This document shows, piece after piece, positions 25,760-38,801 of a stretch of 64,000 nt of DNA. Origin of the DNA: Octopus vulgaris. Lineage: Eukaryota. Numbering within the stretch: position 1 is the stretch's first letter; the number at the start of each line of letters is the position of its first letter. The notes beneath the pieces were generated by a model. It had not been told where the DNA came from. It saw only the letters and a list, made by a program, of their open reading frames with translations, and searched no databases. Where the stretch lies: contig OX597814.1 of assembly GCA_951406725.2 (NCBI GenBank), forward strand, positions 126,170,001 to 126,234,000, written 5' to 3'. A program made the position numbers and the translations under genes.

Positions 25760-28304
25760 TCTATGTTGTGAAATGAAGAGTTAAGTTGATGTTAATATAA
25801 ATTTAAACACAGCTCAATTCAAATAGTTGCATATCAAACAGCAAGAGCTCAATGACACTCTTATCACTTCCTAACATCTTTTTGCAGTGTAATTGAACCA
25901 AACAGTTCATGAGAACGGTATTTGTCAGTAGTCTACTTAAGATATCCCTACATAGTTTATATCAATAAAAGTACTGAAGGTCAATTATGTCGAATTCAAC
26001 TCTACAGAATGCTAAAGATAAAATGAAAGTATGTAAATAAACATACATTTATAAAAGTTTGTAATAAATTACTAAATGTATGTCACAACAGAATGGATAG
26101 TTTTTTATATGAATCCCATCTATGGTTCACAGTTGCCTAGCCTTACTAATAAATATACAGAAATAAAGATTTATAAAACTTATATATTATCTGCTGAATC
26201 AGAAACCACCATACCAACAACAAGGTAGTTTCAAAATGGCTGTTTGACAAACTGGAAATAACAGCTAAATTCCCCTCAAAATACTCCCTACCATCTTAAC
26301 TAAGGAAAAGACACATGCAATAATGTAGTCTTAGATTAACTGGTCATGGATAGGATGTCCTTGAATAGAGTCTAAACATCAACTTGTTTGACTTGAGCCT
26401 AAACATTAACATGTCATATCCAGTCTTCATCACAAGCACCCTTCTCTACTGTATCTGCTGTTCACTACAATCAAACTATTGTTATCTCCATTACCAACCT
26501 CTATGTAGTTGTCATCTACTATCAGCATAAGAGCATACCACCATCACTTAGCTCAGCTATCATCTTGCACCATCACATGACCATACCACTATAACCATGT
26601 CTACTATAGCTACCATCCACAACCATTACATGACCATCCTCTAACTCTAATACGACTATTACCATCAGTATATGGAACAGAAATACCATCACTGGTCAAT
26701 ATGAAGATATGAAATTACATTATAACCTGAACTACCATCTTATTATCCTTCTCCATTGTTAATATCACACTGTTTCTGTTTACTTACAAATATCAACCAT
26801 TTATTATTCCCATTTGTTACTCCTATTTATTATTAATCATTTGTACTCTCTCTTTCTCTGTCTTTCTCTACAATACTTTATTGATGCATAACTATAAGAA
26901 ATGTTATCTAACAAACAAATAACCTTCTCCCTAGTTTTGGCTGTTATATAGTTTCAAGACAGTAGAGTACTTAAAGGAAGTCAATATCAGCACGTCAGTG
27001 TGTGGAGATATCTCCAGTAGGTTTGCAGTGAAGAGTAAAATACAAAAAGAAAAAGGAAGCAGGAAATATAGATATTTCACCAATTGTGTTGCTAGCCTCA
27101 AAATAATTCTATCTGCAGACCGATTTACTATATGTTGATTTGATTATATCTATTTTACCAAAAATACCTCCTACTACATTAGCAGCTTCTCCATATGACT
27201 GAAATAATCAGAGAATATCCTATTTTGGTAAGACATGCTCTCATGCAGTATCATTAAGTAACTAGTCTTTCTGAAAAATTGCTTATTTAACTGAGTAGTT
27301 TTCAGTTGCAACCATTTTAAATATTCTTCAGTTTTATTTTTTATTATCAAAATATTAAAAAGAAATTGATGTGGTTTTCATAGCACAAAAGGTTGGCTGA
27401 GTTTAAGTAAATAGATTTCCTTAAATATAGGCTTTAAGTCATATTTCATATCTACTATTCTGAGACAAAGTATTCCTAGGAATTAAAAAGCACCGCAGTT
27501 TTGTTGATGCTGCTGCTGCTGCTGTTATTGATGTTGTTGTTGTTGTTGCTATTGTTGTTTCTCTTTTTCTTTATTAACCATAATCCTTTAAGATGGAGTC
27601 ATACAAAAATATTTTCCAATGCTGCATTTGCTAGAACTGTGACAATTCCCATTTTGAATGTAGTTTTGCTGTGAATAAATGCAATAATGGACGAATGAAC
27701 AATTGTAGAAATGCAGACTTTACCATACTACTACGTACAAACCATATTTCATGTCTCCACACACATTTCAATATTGACACATGACATACTTTTAGACTTT
27801 TTGACTCTCAGACTTGATTTTCTTATCAAAGTACAAAATATCAGTGTTAATACTATTGCTATATCTATTGTGCCACTATAACCACCACCAACATAACTTC
27901 CACTACACAAACAGTATGACTCACTCTGTACCACCATCATCACCAGTGGCACTGAACCAGCTCTACCTGCAACACTGTGCCTCCTCCTCTAGCACTAAAA
28001 GTGACACTGTTTCAACACCATCACCACTACCACTAGCTATGGCACACCATCAAGATCACTACCATTAGAAACACTGTAACAACATCAATGTCACCACCAA
28101 GGACACCACCACCAATGGAACACTACCAGCACTACCGCTATCAGCGATGTAGTTCCGATATCACTAATCAACACCAATACTACTACTATCAGTGTGACAC
28201 TAATATCACCCAATGTGACCATCAGTAGTGGATATACTGCCAACAGTTGCCATATTTTATGATACCATCTATTAATGTTGTTGTCACAAAGATCCCTTGA
28301 TACT

Positions 28305-28547
28305 GAAAGTATGGACAATACTAGACATTAGAGTTAGAAGTCATGAAAGTATTAATGATACTAGACATTAGATTTAAAGGTTAGAAAACTACCAACAATG
28401 CTAGATATTAGCATTAGAGAATATGAAATTATCAATGATACAAGACATGAGGATTAGGAGATCTTGAAATTATCAGTGATGTCAAACATTATGATTAGGG
28501 ATCAAGAAAGTATCATTGATACAAGATATAAAGATTAGGGATCACGA
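28305..28547. repeat. Degenerate ~40-bp minisatellite, about 6 copies
   Basis: Approximate unit gaaagtatcaatgatactagacattaggattagggatcat. Confidence 0.85.
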
Positions 28548-29029
28548 CTCCTGAATAGAAATATCAGCAACGTGGCCAAGAGTAAATAGTTCTGAGAAAT
28601 TTTTCTGCATACTAAATACAAATACAGTAGGATCTTACATATGTAACAAAGAATATTTTAAAAAACTTTGACCTACTGAAATTAGCCATAAACTTAGTAG
28701 ACAGAATTCCTTCCATCTAGAAGTAGGTTGTATCCAAAAACAACAAGCATGCGAGACAACTCCAATATGATAATTTAAAAATAGATTTAACAGTATCAGC
28801 ATCATCATCATTATTCTGACATGGATTAGATGGGTCATTGCTGCTCTCCTTGAGGAATTGAAGGACTACATCTCACTAATAGGTTAAATTTTTGGTTTGG
28901 TTTCTATGATTGTAGCCCCTTGCTAACATTAACCATTTTTACAGAGTAGAGTGTTACAGGATGAATTTTTTGTGGCTCCAGCACTAGAGAAATTGCCACA
29001 TTTTCAACAAGACATGTGTCCTTTCAATC

Positions 29030-29450
29030 CCATACTTAATAAAGTATAGTTGTTTCTCTTGAACACATCTGATTCCTCCTATATTCTGTTTTCCTCTCAG
29101 CTCTTTTGCACCTTCTTGCTTATGCATTTTAAAACTACAAATCCAAGGAGCATATTTGCTTCATATCTTTCTACTCTTCACAAATCTCCTGTATTCAGGG
29201 CCCACATCTCAGTAGCATGCAACATTGCACTTCTTACTCAAGCATCTTACAATCTGTACTTCACTCTAAGAGGAAAGCCCTTTGTTGCCTGCAGTAGTAA
29301 TAGCTCCCTAACTTTTTTCAGTTCTTACTCTGTTTACCCAACTTACCAGCTAATCTGGTCCCCTAAATAAATAGAACTATCAACTACCAGAGAGCTGCCC
29401 TTACATTGGAGAGTGTCTATTTTGTATGTGCTCTTAGTACTTGCTGCCCC
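29030..29450 (-). mobile_element. RTE-clade LINE C-terminal fragment
   Basis: Minus strand reads ..ATKGFPLRVKYRL*DA*VRSAMLHATEMWALN.., resembling the RTE motif LY.ACVR..MLHGSETW. Confidence 0.7.
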
Positions 29451-29651
29451 TAAACATCTAGTCTACCTTCTCTGTTAGTTTGCCTGCAATTCCACAGCAC
29501 CTAAACAGATTTAATAGCTTAGTTTGATAAATTTAATAGCTTATTTTAATTGATTTAATTTGCTAGTTTAATAAATTTGATATGTTAGTTATCTTAATTT
29601 TAATGAACCTAACCAAAGTGAAACTGTGTGAGATTGTAAACAACAATGGCA

Positions 29652-29686
<35 letters not shown>

Positions 29687-31734
29687 CAGCATTAGAAGCT
29701 GTGCAAAGGCAATAATGATAATAATGACTATGATAAAGATGATAATGATATGTGCCACAAGAGCACATAATGATAATAACAACAACAACAGCAGCTGTAA
29801 ACCCTTCTTAATCAGAATTCTAGTTACAATGTTGTTAACAGATGTTAATCATCATAAACAGCCACCTTCCTAGTTAACATGTCTCTATGGATATCTAATT
29901 TTAAAAGAGGAATTACATTAACTCTTTCATGACCATATTGCTAATGAAACATTACACTGTCTCTGAGCTTCAATTAATTTTTTAAATAATCAAGATTTTG
30001 AAGGGATTTAGTGAAATAACTAAATTTTTCATTATTAAGTTGATGTTTTAGAACATAACTTCACAAAAAATTTCTTGTGTGATATTATGATGGGAAGTTT
30101 TAATTTAAATATAAACACATTAAAAAAATTTGTTTGTGTCATTGAACTATGGGCAATAACAGGTAGGCAATAGAAAGAGTTACCACTTGAAATATTTCTC
30201 CTAATTTCAGAGCAGTGTACATTTGAACTACTTGTAAGTACTGGACATATATCACAACAACGGCCACAGTAACAACAATATAAACATCAGCTACTTTGAA
30301 ACTGACCAATTCAGAAGTATTTCGGTTATCTATATATTTTATAGTTTCTACTAGACAGTTAACATTCTGACACATCCTTGATGAGAAAAAAAAAGAAGGA
30401 ATAAAATGAATATTGGTTTCCCAAGAATTTTGTGTTATGGAATGGTAGTGATAACAACATGTGCAGTCAGATAGATGACCCTAAAATTCCATTATCTTCT
30501 GTGGTCCATGTCTTCTGAGACATTGGATTCCATTAAAAGGATATTATTCAAACATTTTCTTTCAGTAACTTCTTGAACTGATTCTTTTCAAAGAAAATTT
30601 TTAATTTCAGCATTTAATGAAAATACCTTTCATTCAATTAAGGTTTTTAGTGCCATTGTTATTATTTCGGTAATGATTAATTGCCTAAACATTTAACATT
30701 CATGCTGCTATTTTTGTTGCTGCTATTCTTGTTGTTGTTGCTGTTGACATCATCTTCCTGCTTTCACTAAAGAAATGTAATTCAGTTTTGGAAAGGAAAA
30801 ATAAAACGAAGAAGAAAACAGAAAAAATAGAATCCCTAATTTATTCTTTGAAGCAGAATGATTGATGTATTCAGGGATTAGTCAGAAAGTAATTCTGGCA
30901 ATTTAGTTTTAACAATAAGAAAGGGAAGAAGAATGGAGTAAAAATATCTGTTAGTGAATATTGCCTGAGATTTCTTTTGATTATAAAATATTTGCATGTG
31001 TAAACTGTTACTGGTAGAAACTGAGCAGTTACATACTGTGCAAATCTTCATAAATAAACTAAGAGCTGAAAATTGTTTCATTAGTATAGAATGGAAACTA
31101 CTACCAATCTTAGGGGTCTGTTTGTGATGATTGGGATAGAGTTTAGAGAATGCCAACTCATTCAGAGGAAGTAATTATCTATTAGTATGTTGGCCCCTAT
31201 ATTTAATAGTCTGGCCAGAGGTAGAAAAGCAGTATCCATGATTTCTGAGACTGGTGGGAGAAGTTATACTCACACCAAAAACATGGCTATCTCCTATAGT
31301 AATTAACCTTCTGTCCTCCTATTAGGAACTGGCTCCTGTAGTAATTGACAGTCTGTTTTGTTCTACTGTTATGCAATTGTCCCCTGAGTGATTGACATGC
31401 CGTTCTATTCTAGAGTTATGGCCAGACCACTGTTGTCATTAACATCCAATTCTATTCTATGGTTATCAGTTTGCTTACCTCTATTCTATTCTCGTATTGT
31501 GTAGTGATCTTGTATTGTTCTGATGTTGTGTATTGACCCCTGTTGTTCAAGTGTTGGCCTCATCAGTAATCCCATCAGTCTGGAGAAACCTGCCAAGATT
31601 ATGGGTGCTTCTCTTTCCATGACTTTTTAAAAATCATCATGAAATAAATGGATTTAAAACAGTAATCAGAATTTTTAAAAGATGGTGCACTGCATATGAC
31701 CAGCAAGATATTAGAGAGAGATAGACAGATAGAC

Positions 31735-31766
<32 letters not shown>

Positions 31767-34418
31767 TAAAGAAAGTAAACTAGTAAATGTGGAAACTAAT
31801 GAGGCTCTGTAGCAGCAAATCAGAAATAAAAAATGGTTAATAAAATTCTTCAAAGAGGGCATTGACTGAACTGTCAGAAGTCACCTCTCTCAATGGCACA
31901 TACACACACACAGCATGCTTATATTTTAAGAACATTTATGAAAGAGAGACACTAAAGCACCAGACTAAATGTTTTATGATATTTGAACATGTTTTTGTCA
32001 GTTCTGACATTAGGTCAGGTTTAGCTTTCATCTCACTGAGGTTGACAAAATAAGTACCAGAGACACACTGGATTTATGTAAATTGATTGCACTCTTTCCC
32101 TGCAAAAATTGTCATTGCACCTACTCATAAAACAAGAAAACAAAGCCTTCCTCTTCTTCCCTCCACCTACTGTGCAATGATGTTGTTTGTTATTGATTTG
32201 ATATGTTTGTCTATTTTGGTATGTACTAAATTGGTCTGATATCAATAATACAGTTTTAGAAAATAAAGAATATTTTGATAAAACTTTTATTTTATGATGT
32301 CACACTATGCTTATATGATATGCATTATTTGTGTATGTAAATGTGCATATGTATGTGTGTATTACCATGATTGTCATCAAGCTTTGCATGTCCATTTTCC
32401 CCAAATTAGCATGGCTTAGACAACATTTATTGAGGCAAAATTCCTGTCACCAAGCTTTACTTATTGTCAGTAAGGTTTATTTTCCCACAGGTCTTCACAT
32501 GTTGCAACTAAAAAATATCATTGACTGATGATATATGTGTGCATGAGTCAGATAACATTCATGGAGATTTGTGTTCTGTAGCTGGACACTCTTCTTGTCT
32601 CCAACTTTCATCTATTTACAAACAAGGCAATATTTTTAGTCTTTGCACATGAATAATACAATGGCTGAAAGTCTTTTCACAGAAGATTGCAGTGTTCATT
32701 TACAATTAGCATGCATGGTTAAGAAGTTTGCTTTGGATTCATCTACTGTGGCCCAGGCCTGCCAAAGCTTTATGAGTGGATTTGGTAGATGGGAACTGAA
32801 AAATAACCCATCATGTGTATGCATATGTGTGTCTATGTCTCCTTGTCTTGATAATTGTAAAGAAACATAACTGCCATACAAGGGGTATTGTTTGTTTGTA
32901 ACCTTCTGTGAAAAGATGTTCAGCCATGGAGCTTTTCCTGTTCAAAAGACTAGGGAAATAATGCCCTACTTGGAAACAGGTAAGCATTGGTAACAGTAAG
33001 AGCATCAAACCACAGAAAATCTCCTTCAACAAATTTAGTCCCACCCATGGATAATAAAATGGTGATGATATATATCATCATGTACATGCACACACACAAA
33101 ACGTGTGTGAGTGTGTGTGGGTATTAGAGGGTGAGAGAAAAATATAGCAACAAATACAACATGGACATTTATATAAAGCAAGAGAAATGTAAGAAATCTT
33201 GTCAGATTATCAGTCACTGTTAATAATGCTCAAGTCTAGATTTTTGCTAGACAATACTTTCACTTTACTTGAGATTCGATGAGATATATTTCTTTTAAAT
33301 CATTTATCTTTCATACTTTTAATTTAGCCATTTACCATTTAAGCCCTCTCCCATGAAATACATTTCTTTGAATATCACTTTACTCATTGAAAGTCAGAGA
33401 AAGCAAAAACATTCTGTTAGCTGAAGGGGTTGAAAAGTGCCTTTTTAAATCTTTTATTTTTAGTTTAACTATAATTCTATCAATAGGAGTTTTTAAAAAT
33501 ATTTTTTAAATACTTCCATTCAAAAGTGATAAATAGTAAATGTCAGATGTTAAAATGAAAAGTATCTTGTACTATTTGCAGTTTAACTTGCAATTCATAT
33601 TACCCCCGAAAAATTTTTAATTCTACATTGTTAATGTTGTTCTTTTATTACCTGATACATCTTTACCAATATTTATTCATGTCATTGAGAGTATAAAGAA
33701 TTCTTTGGAGGTATTTCGGTGGGGTTTAGAGGATCTTTTATATATATGTGTACACACACACACACATACATACATACATGGGGTCTGTCATTTTCTCTTC
33801 AGCAAATCATTATTTTATTTTATACTACCATGATATTTCAGATTGTAAATAATTGGGGAAAAAAATATGATTTAGTGGCAAGAAAACCAAGTTCAGTTGT
33901 TGTATATGATTAAGAATTTATTTTTCATGTGTCCAATCTTTTTTGGGGGAAACATTCTAAAAAATTAATATTACAGCTTAAAATTTTGCATCATATAAAT
34001 TCAGTACACTTAAAAAAATAGAATGTTACTACTTTTTCATATCTTGTATGTAAAATTATTAAGAAAAAATGGAACTATGTCTTATTGGTAATATAACAGG
34101 ATTTGCAGTAGGAATTAATATTATCATATAATGTATAACCTCAGTCTTTTGGGATTACCACAAAAAATATAAATATGATTAAAGAAATCTTTAAAAAAGA
34201 AATAGAGGAAATATTGATATGTATAGCAATATCTTATTGAAATATAATAGTTGAAATAAGCAGATAATATTAAAATACTTGGTTTGTAACTAATCCAGTC
34301 AATGGGATTAACTCCTAATCAAATTCATTTATTGGGAAGAAAGTATTCATCTACCTAAAATTATCTACCTTTCCCTCTCTCATTCTAATATTTGTGTGTG
34401 TGTGTCTATATATCTATA

Positions 34419-34485
<67 letters not shown>

Positions 34486-35170
34486 TGTACTTGTATGTAT
34501 GCATGTATGTATGTACATATATATATATATATATATCATTATATATATATATGCTTGTATGTATGTATGCATATACATACTTACAGACATATACATATAT
34601 ATAGACATATATACATATAGATACATTCACACACACACACACAAACACACTCTCACACACACATGTGTGTGTGTAATATAATAGTGCATTATATTTATCA
34701 TCATCATTTTAAATTTACTATTATGTGCTGGAGCTAACTCATAGGCTGAGTTCTTTTCAGAGTTACTAACCTCTCAAATATATAGGAACCAATTCTCACT
34801 TGTCCATAAAACTTTTGGCATGTTCTTTATGGCTTCCTATCATCAACTACTTCACACATTGTATGAGGTATGTTTTATCATAGCACCAGCACTAAAAAGG
34901 TTGTCTTGTCTCCAGCAAGACTAAAGTTTCCTCTCTGATCTGTGTTCTTTTTGTTCATTTGCCAAACACTTTACAGTGTAAATTGGTTACATTTATTCAA
35001 AGCACCTGCACTTAGAGAAGTTTTCCTGCCTGCTCAGAACTAAAGAATCTTGTGAGTAAATAGAAGAAAGAATAAAGAGGATCATAGTGAGAAGGTGGCT
35101 GAGAGGAAAGTAATGCAAGATAACCAGAGTGATAGGTGTAAGGGAGAGTATGTATGTATATGTGTATGTA

Positions 35171-36125
35171 TTTTTTTTCTGTAGTTTCAGCTCAGAGCTG
35201 CGGCCATGCTGATGCACCGCCGTTTTGCTACACTGTTATTACTGAGAGCCTCCTCCAAATATGGCACTTGGTGAAGAATGCAGTAATTGGTCCTGAAGCA
35301 TAATGGTGTTGCTGAGATCTTTGGCACTGTGCAGTGTCGACCCTTTCTGGCATTGGTGTAGCTTTCAATGCCAAAATGTGGCACAGTTCCTTCCAGGATC
35401 TTCCAGATGTATATTTTACTGCATCCCTCTCCCGCCTTCACTCCAGGGAGTAGAGTCTTAGCCGTTTCAGCCTTTTCTAGTAGCTGAGCAATTGCAAAGA
35501 GACAATCTTCTTTGTGAATCTTCACTGGAATGCTTCAAGGTCCGCTGTTAATTTTACACTATTGGGTGACTATAGCTGGGAGCAGTGATCCAGGTGGCTA
35601 CGGACAAATGTCCTCCATAAGACCATCATGGTTTCCTTATCTCTGGTTCTGAATGTTCTCAGGATCCATCCAGTCAAACTTCTGCACTGTGTCGCCATCC
35701 TGGTAATGTGCGCTTGGAAAGAGGTATCATCACTCATGTCGATACTCAGATCCCTCACTGATTTAGGCTCTGGGATTGAAATTCCTTGTGGACCAGTGTA
35801 CCCTGTAAGTTTCATATTCAGTTTTGGATGCTGGTAGAGAAGGGCTTGGAATTTTTCAGCATTAAACTGCATCTTATTATCCTCTGCCCTTCTGCAAATT
35901 GAGTCCAGCTAGAGCTGCAGATGTGCAACATTGCTGGGGTTCTGTATTTTCTGCGAGACTTTCATATCGTCTGCATAGCTGGCAAGGGTGGCTATCCGGG
36001 CAGTTTAGGGTATATCTGAGAGGGCCACTATGTAAAGCAGTGGTCCCAAGACAGTGCCCTGTGGAACACCACTTACTATTTGTGTTTTCATTGAGATTGC
36101 TCTATTGGCCACTGCTCCTGACTTC
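35171..36125 (-). mobile_element. CR1/L2-group LINE 3' fragment (RT C-terminal half plus 3' tail)
   Basis: Minus strand gives GVPQGTVLGPLL (~36035-36070), SYADDMK, MQFNAEKF, VRDL, GWILRTFRTRD..LWRTFVRSHLDHCSQL and IYIWKILEG. Ends in a stem-loop-like tail and a short A-run at 35171-35221. Confidence 0.9.
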
Positions 36126-36192
36126 TGTATGTATAATGTCCCTTCTATTATCCTCAGTATACCACAGAACTAACCTTTATTTCAACAAACTC

Positions 36193-36235
<43 letters not shown>

Positions 36236-38570
36236 GGAATATATTATACCATCCTAGGTCCCATACTACCCTCTATGCCTAGTCCTTCCTCCACAGAATG
36301 TCAGCTATCTTGAAGCTTTCTCTCTGCACATGTTTTACTTGTGACTGTCAATTTACAACAGTTCAAATGAAATGTTAACAACATTAGTCTCATTGAGCTC
36401 AGAGGGCTTGCATATGTTATGGGTACAGCCTGTTCCTCTGAGAAGCTTCTTTACAAGCCCATAGTTTTGGGCCCTTGATAGATACAAACTGTGCAAAGCC
36501 TGTTGTGTGTGTGTGCGTGTGTGCGTGCCTGTATGTGTGTGCATGTGTGTGTGAGTGCTTTTATATTCAGAGCTTGCATAAATAGCCACTACAAATATTG
36601 TCTAATGGACATGTCAATAAATTGTCCTGTAACTCTGTGCTTTTGAAGATAAGTGTAATAAAAGCTCCTTTACATGAAAGGCCGGTATGGTTAGTGGTAG
36701 GAAGGGCATCTAGCCACAATAATCAATGCCTCAACAAATATGTCTAACCCATGGTAGTATGGGAAAACCAGTATAAACTGAATTAGAAAATATTATGTGT
36801 TTTTGTGTGTGTATGTATGTATGTGTGTGTGCGTGTAGATATAGATATACATAGAGAGAAAAAGAGACAAAGAGAGATACATCATATACCTACATATATA
36901 GTTCTTTTAAGCTAGCATATTCTGCTGTTTTGCTAAAACAATCTATGTTGCTTTTATATATTTTTAAGGTAGTGAAAAAAACCCCATCATTTGTTGCAGT
37001 TTTCAATTGGTTTCTTTTCATAAATATATCTTTATATCCAATTCCACTTATGTTAACATTTCCTAAATTTCCCATCTGACACCCACCATCTGCTATGATT
37101 TCAGGCCAATTCATCCATTCTCATCACTTTTCTCTCTACCGGCTTACAAGCCTTTATGCTGGCTACTATTATCACATTTTGTTTTGTATACAAATGTATA
37201 GCTATTGTCCCACATCACAATATATATTGGCATCAACTCACAACATGTACACCAAACTTTTGTTTTCTTCAACCATGCAAAATAAAGATGATTTTTTTTT
37301 ATCTCACTATATGTGAAGAAGTAAATGCATTATTCTGTGTAGTTATACTTGATTTCAAGCCTCTTGAGTAATTATCAGAAATTATTCATGCTTCAGATAA
37401 GAACATTTCACTTGTCGCTTATAATATCTTTAAGAGAGGTTAAAATTTACCATTTCCTTTGCAGCTCCTGAAACCATTAAGAAATTGCCTCCATCTGGCA
37501 ATCTGTGAATCAGTGACTGGAATTTTCATCTAATTCACCATGTTTCTTAGAAATTGAGCTTCTAGTAAAGGCTTTTAACATATTTCAGTCCCTTGGAAGC
37601 AGGCATATTGCATATCTCTAAAACTACCTCCAGACATGATTAATTGCTACTCTTCAACTAAAAGGTTTGCAATGGAAATATCCTTGTCATTTACTCTAAG
37701 ACTTCTAACCAAATTGCTGAGGGGAATCTTTACTTCCAAAATTTTATTTTTCTTTCTTTTTTTTTCAGGCTAGGTGAGCTTGTGCCACAGTTTATCTAGT
37801 ACATCAAGGCTTATAGTATTTATACATAATATAACATTACCAGTACCTTACATGTATTAGTGACATTACTATGTACCCATCATTAGTAGTGAAATGTAAT
37901 AGATTTTCTATATGTCTGACCTGTGATCATGACTTGAATTTGGTATATATACATGTGCACAGATGTGTGCATGTGTGTTTGTTTATATATAACAGTACAT
38001 AACAGTGTATCAAGTTGTATCTTATATAAGAAAGGTAATTTGATCACTTGATGAATAGAGTTCATTAATATAAATACCAAATTGAAGTAAGTACTGCAGT
38101 TTACATGATCACTAAAACCTTTGAAGGTGGTGCCCAACAATCCAATGTCTGAAATATGTGAAAGACTTAAAAAATGTATTAGTATTAAAGATTCTACCGT
38201 CCATCTTAGGTGAAACTATACATTGTCCATGAAATACAGTCCAACTAACATTGCTAGTTTGACAATAATCACAGTCAACACTGTAATATGGCAATATTTT
38301 ATACATTATAAGGTGGAAAGCTAGCAGTATTGTTAGCATGCCAGGCAAAAGAACTTAGTGGAATTTTGTCCATCTTTGTGTTCAATTCCACCAAGCTTGA
38401 TTTTGCCTTTCATCCTTTTGAGGTCAATAAAATAAGTACCAGTTGAGCACTGGGGTCGCTGTAATCAACTTAACCTCTCCCCTGAACTTGCTGGCCTTGT
38501 GCCAAAATTTGAAACCATTTTAATACTTTTAGATGTTTCTCTGACATATATTACAACTGACACTGTCAGA

Positions 38571-38801
38571 AGGTGGTGAGCTGGCAGAATCGTTAGCACG
38601 CTGGGCAAAATGCGTAGCGGTATTTCGTCTGCCGTTACGTTCTGAGTTCAAATTCCACCGAGGTCGACTTTGCCTTTCATCCTTTTGGGGTCGATAAATT
38701 AAGTACCAGTTACGCACTGGGGTCGATATAATCGACTTAATCTGTTTGTCTGTCCTTGTCTGTCCCTTCTGTTTAGCCCCTTGTGAGTAGTAGAAAAAAT
38801 A
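38571..38801 (+). mobile_element. SINE (same head and core as 5020-5760), young copy with 9-bp TSD
   Basis: TSD actgtcaga at 38562-38570 and 38802-38810; CpG-rich. An older copy lies just upstream (~38310-38520), with others at ~13960-14130, ~24880-24990 (-), ~47455-47570 (-) and ~56540-56740. Confidence 0.9.

Noticed and set aside
28305-28547. CRISPR-like periodic repeat
   Set aside because: Contiguous degenerate 40-bp units with no unique spacers and no cas genes, in a eukaryotic context.
37741-37780. 5-nt micro-exon tttttcag|GCTAG|gtgagc
   Set aside because: Poly-T plus AG/GT is expected by chance in this composition; no independent support.
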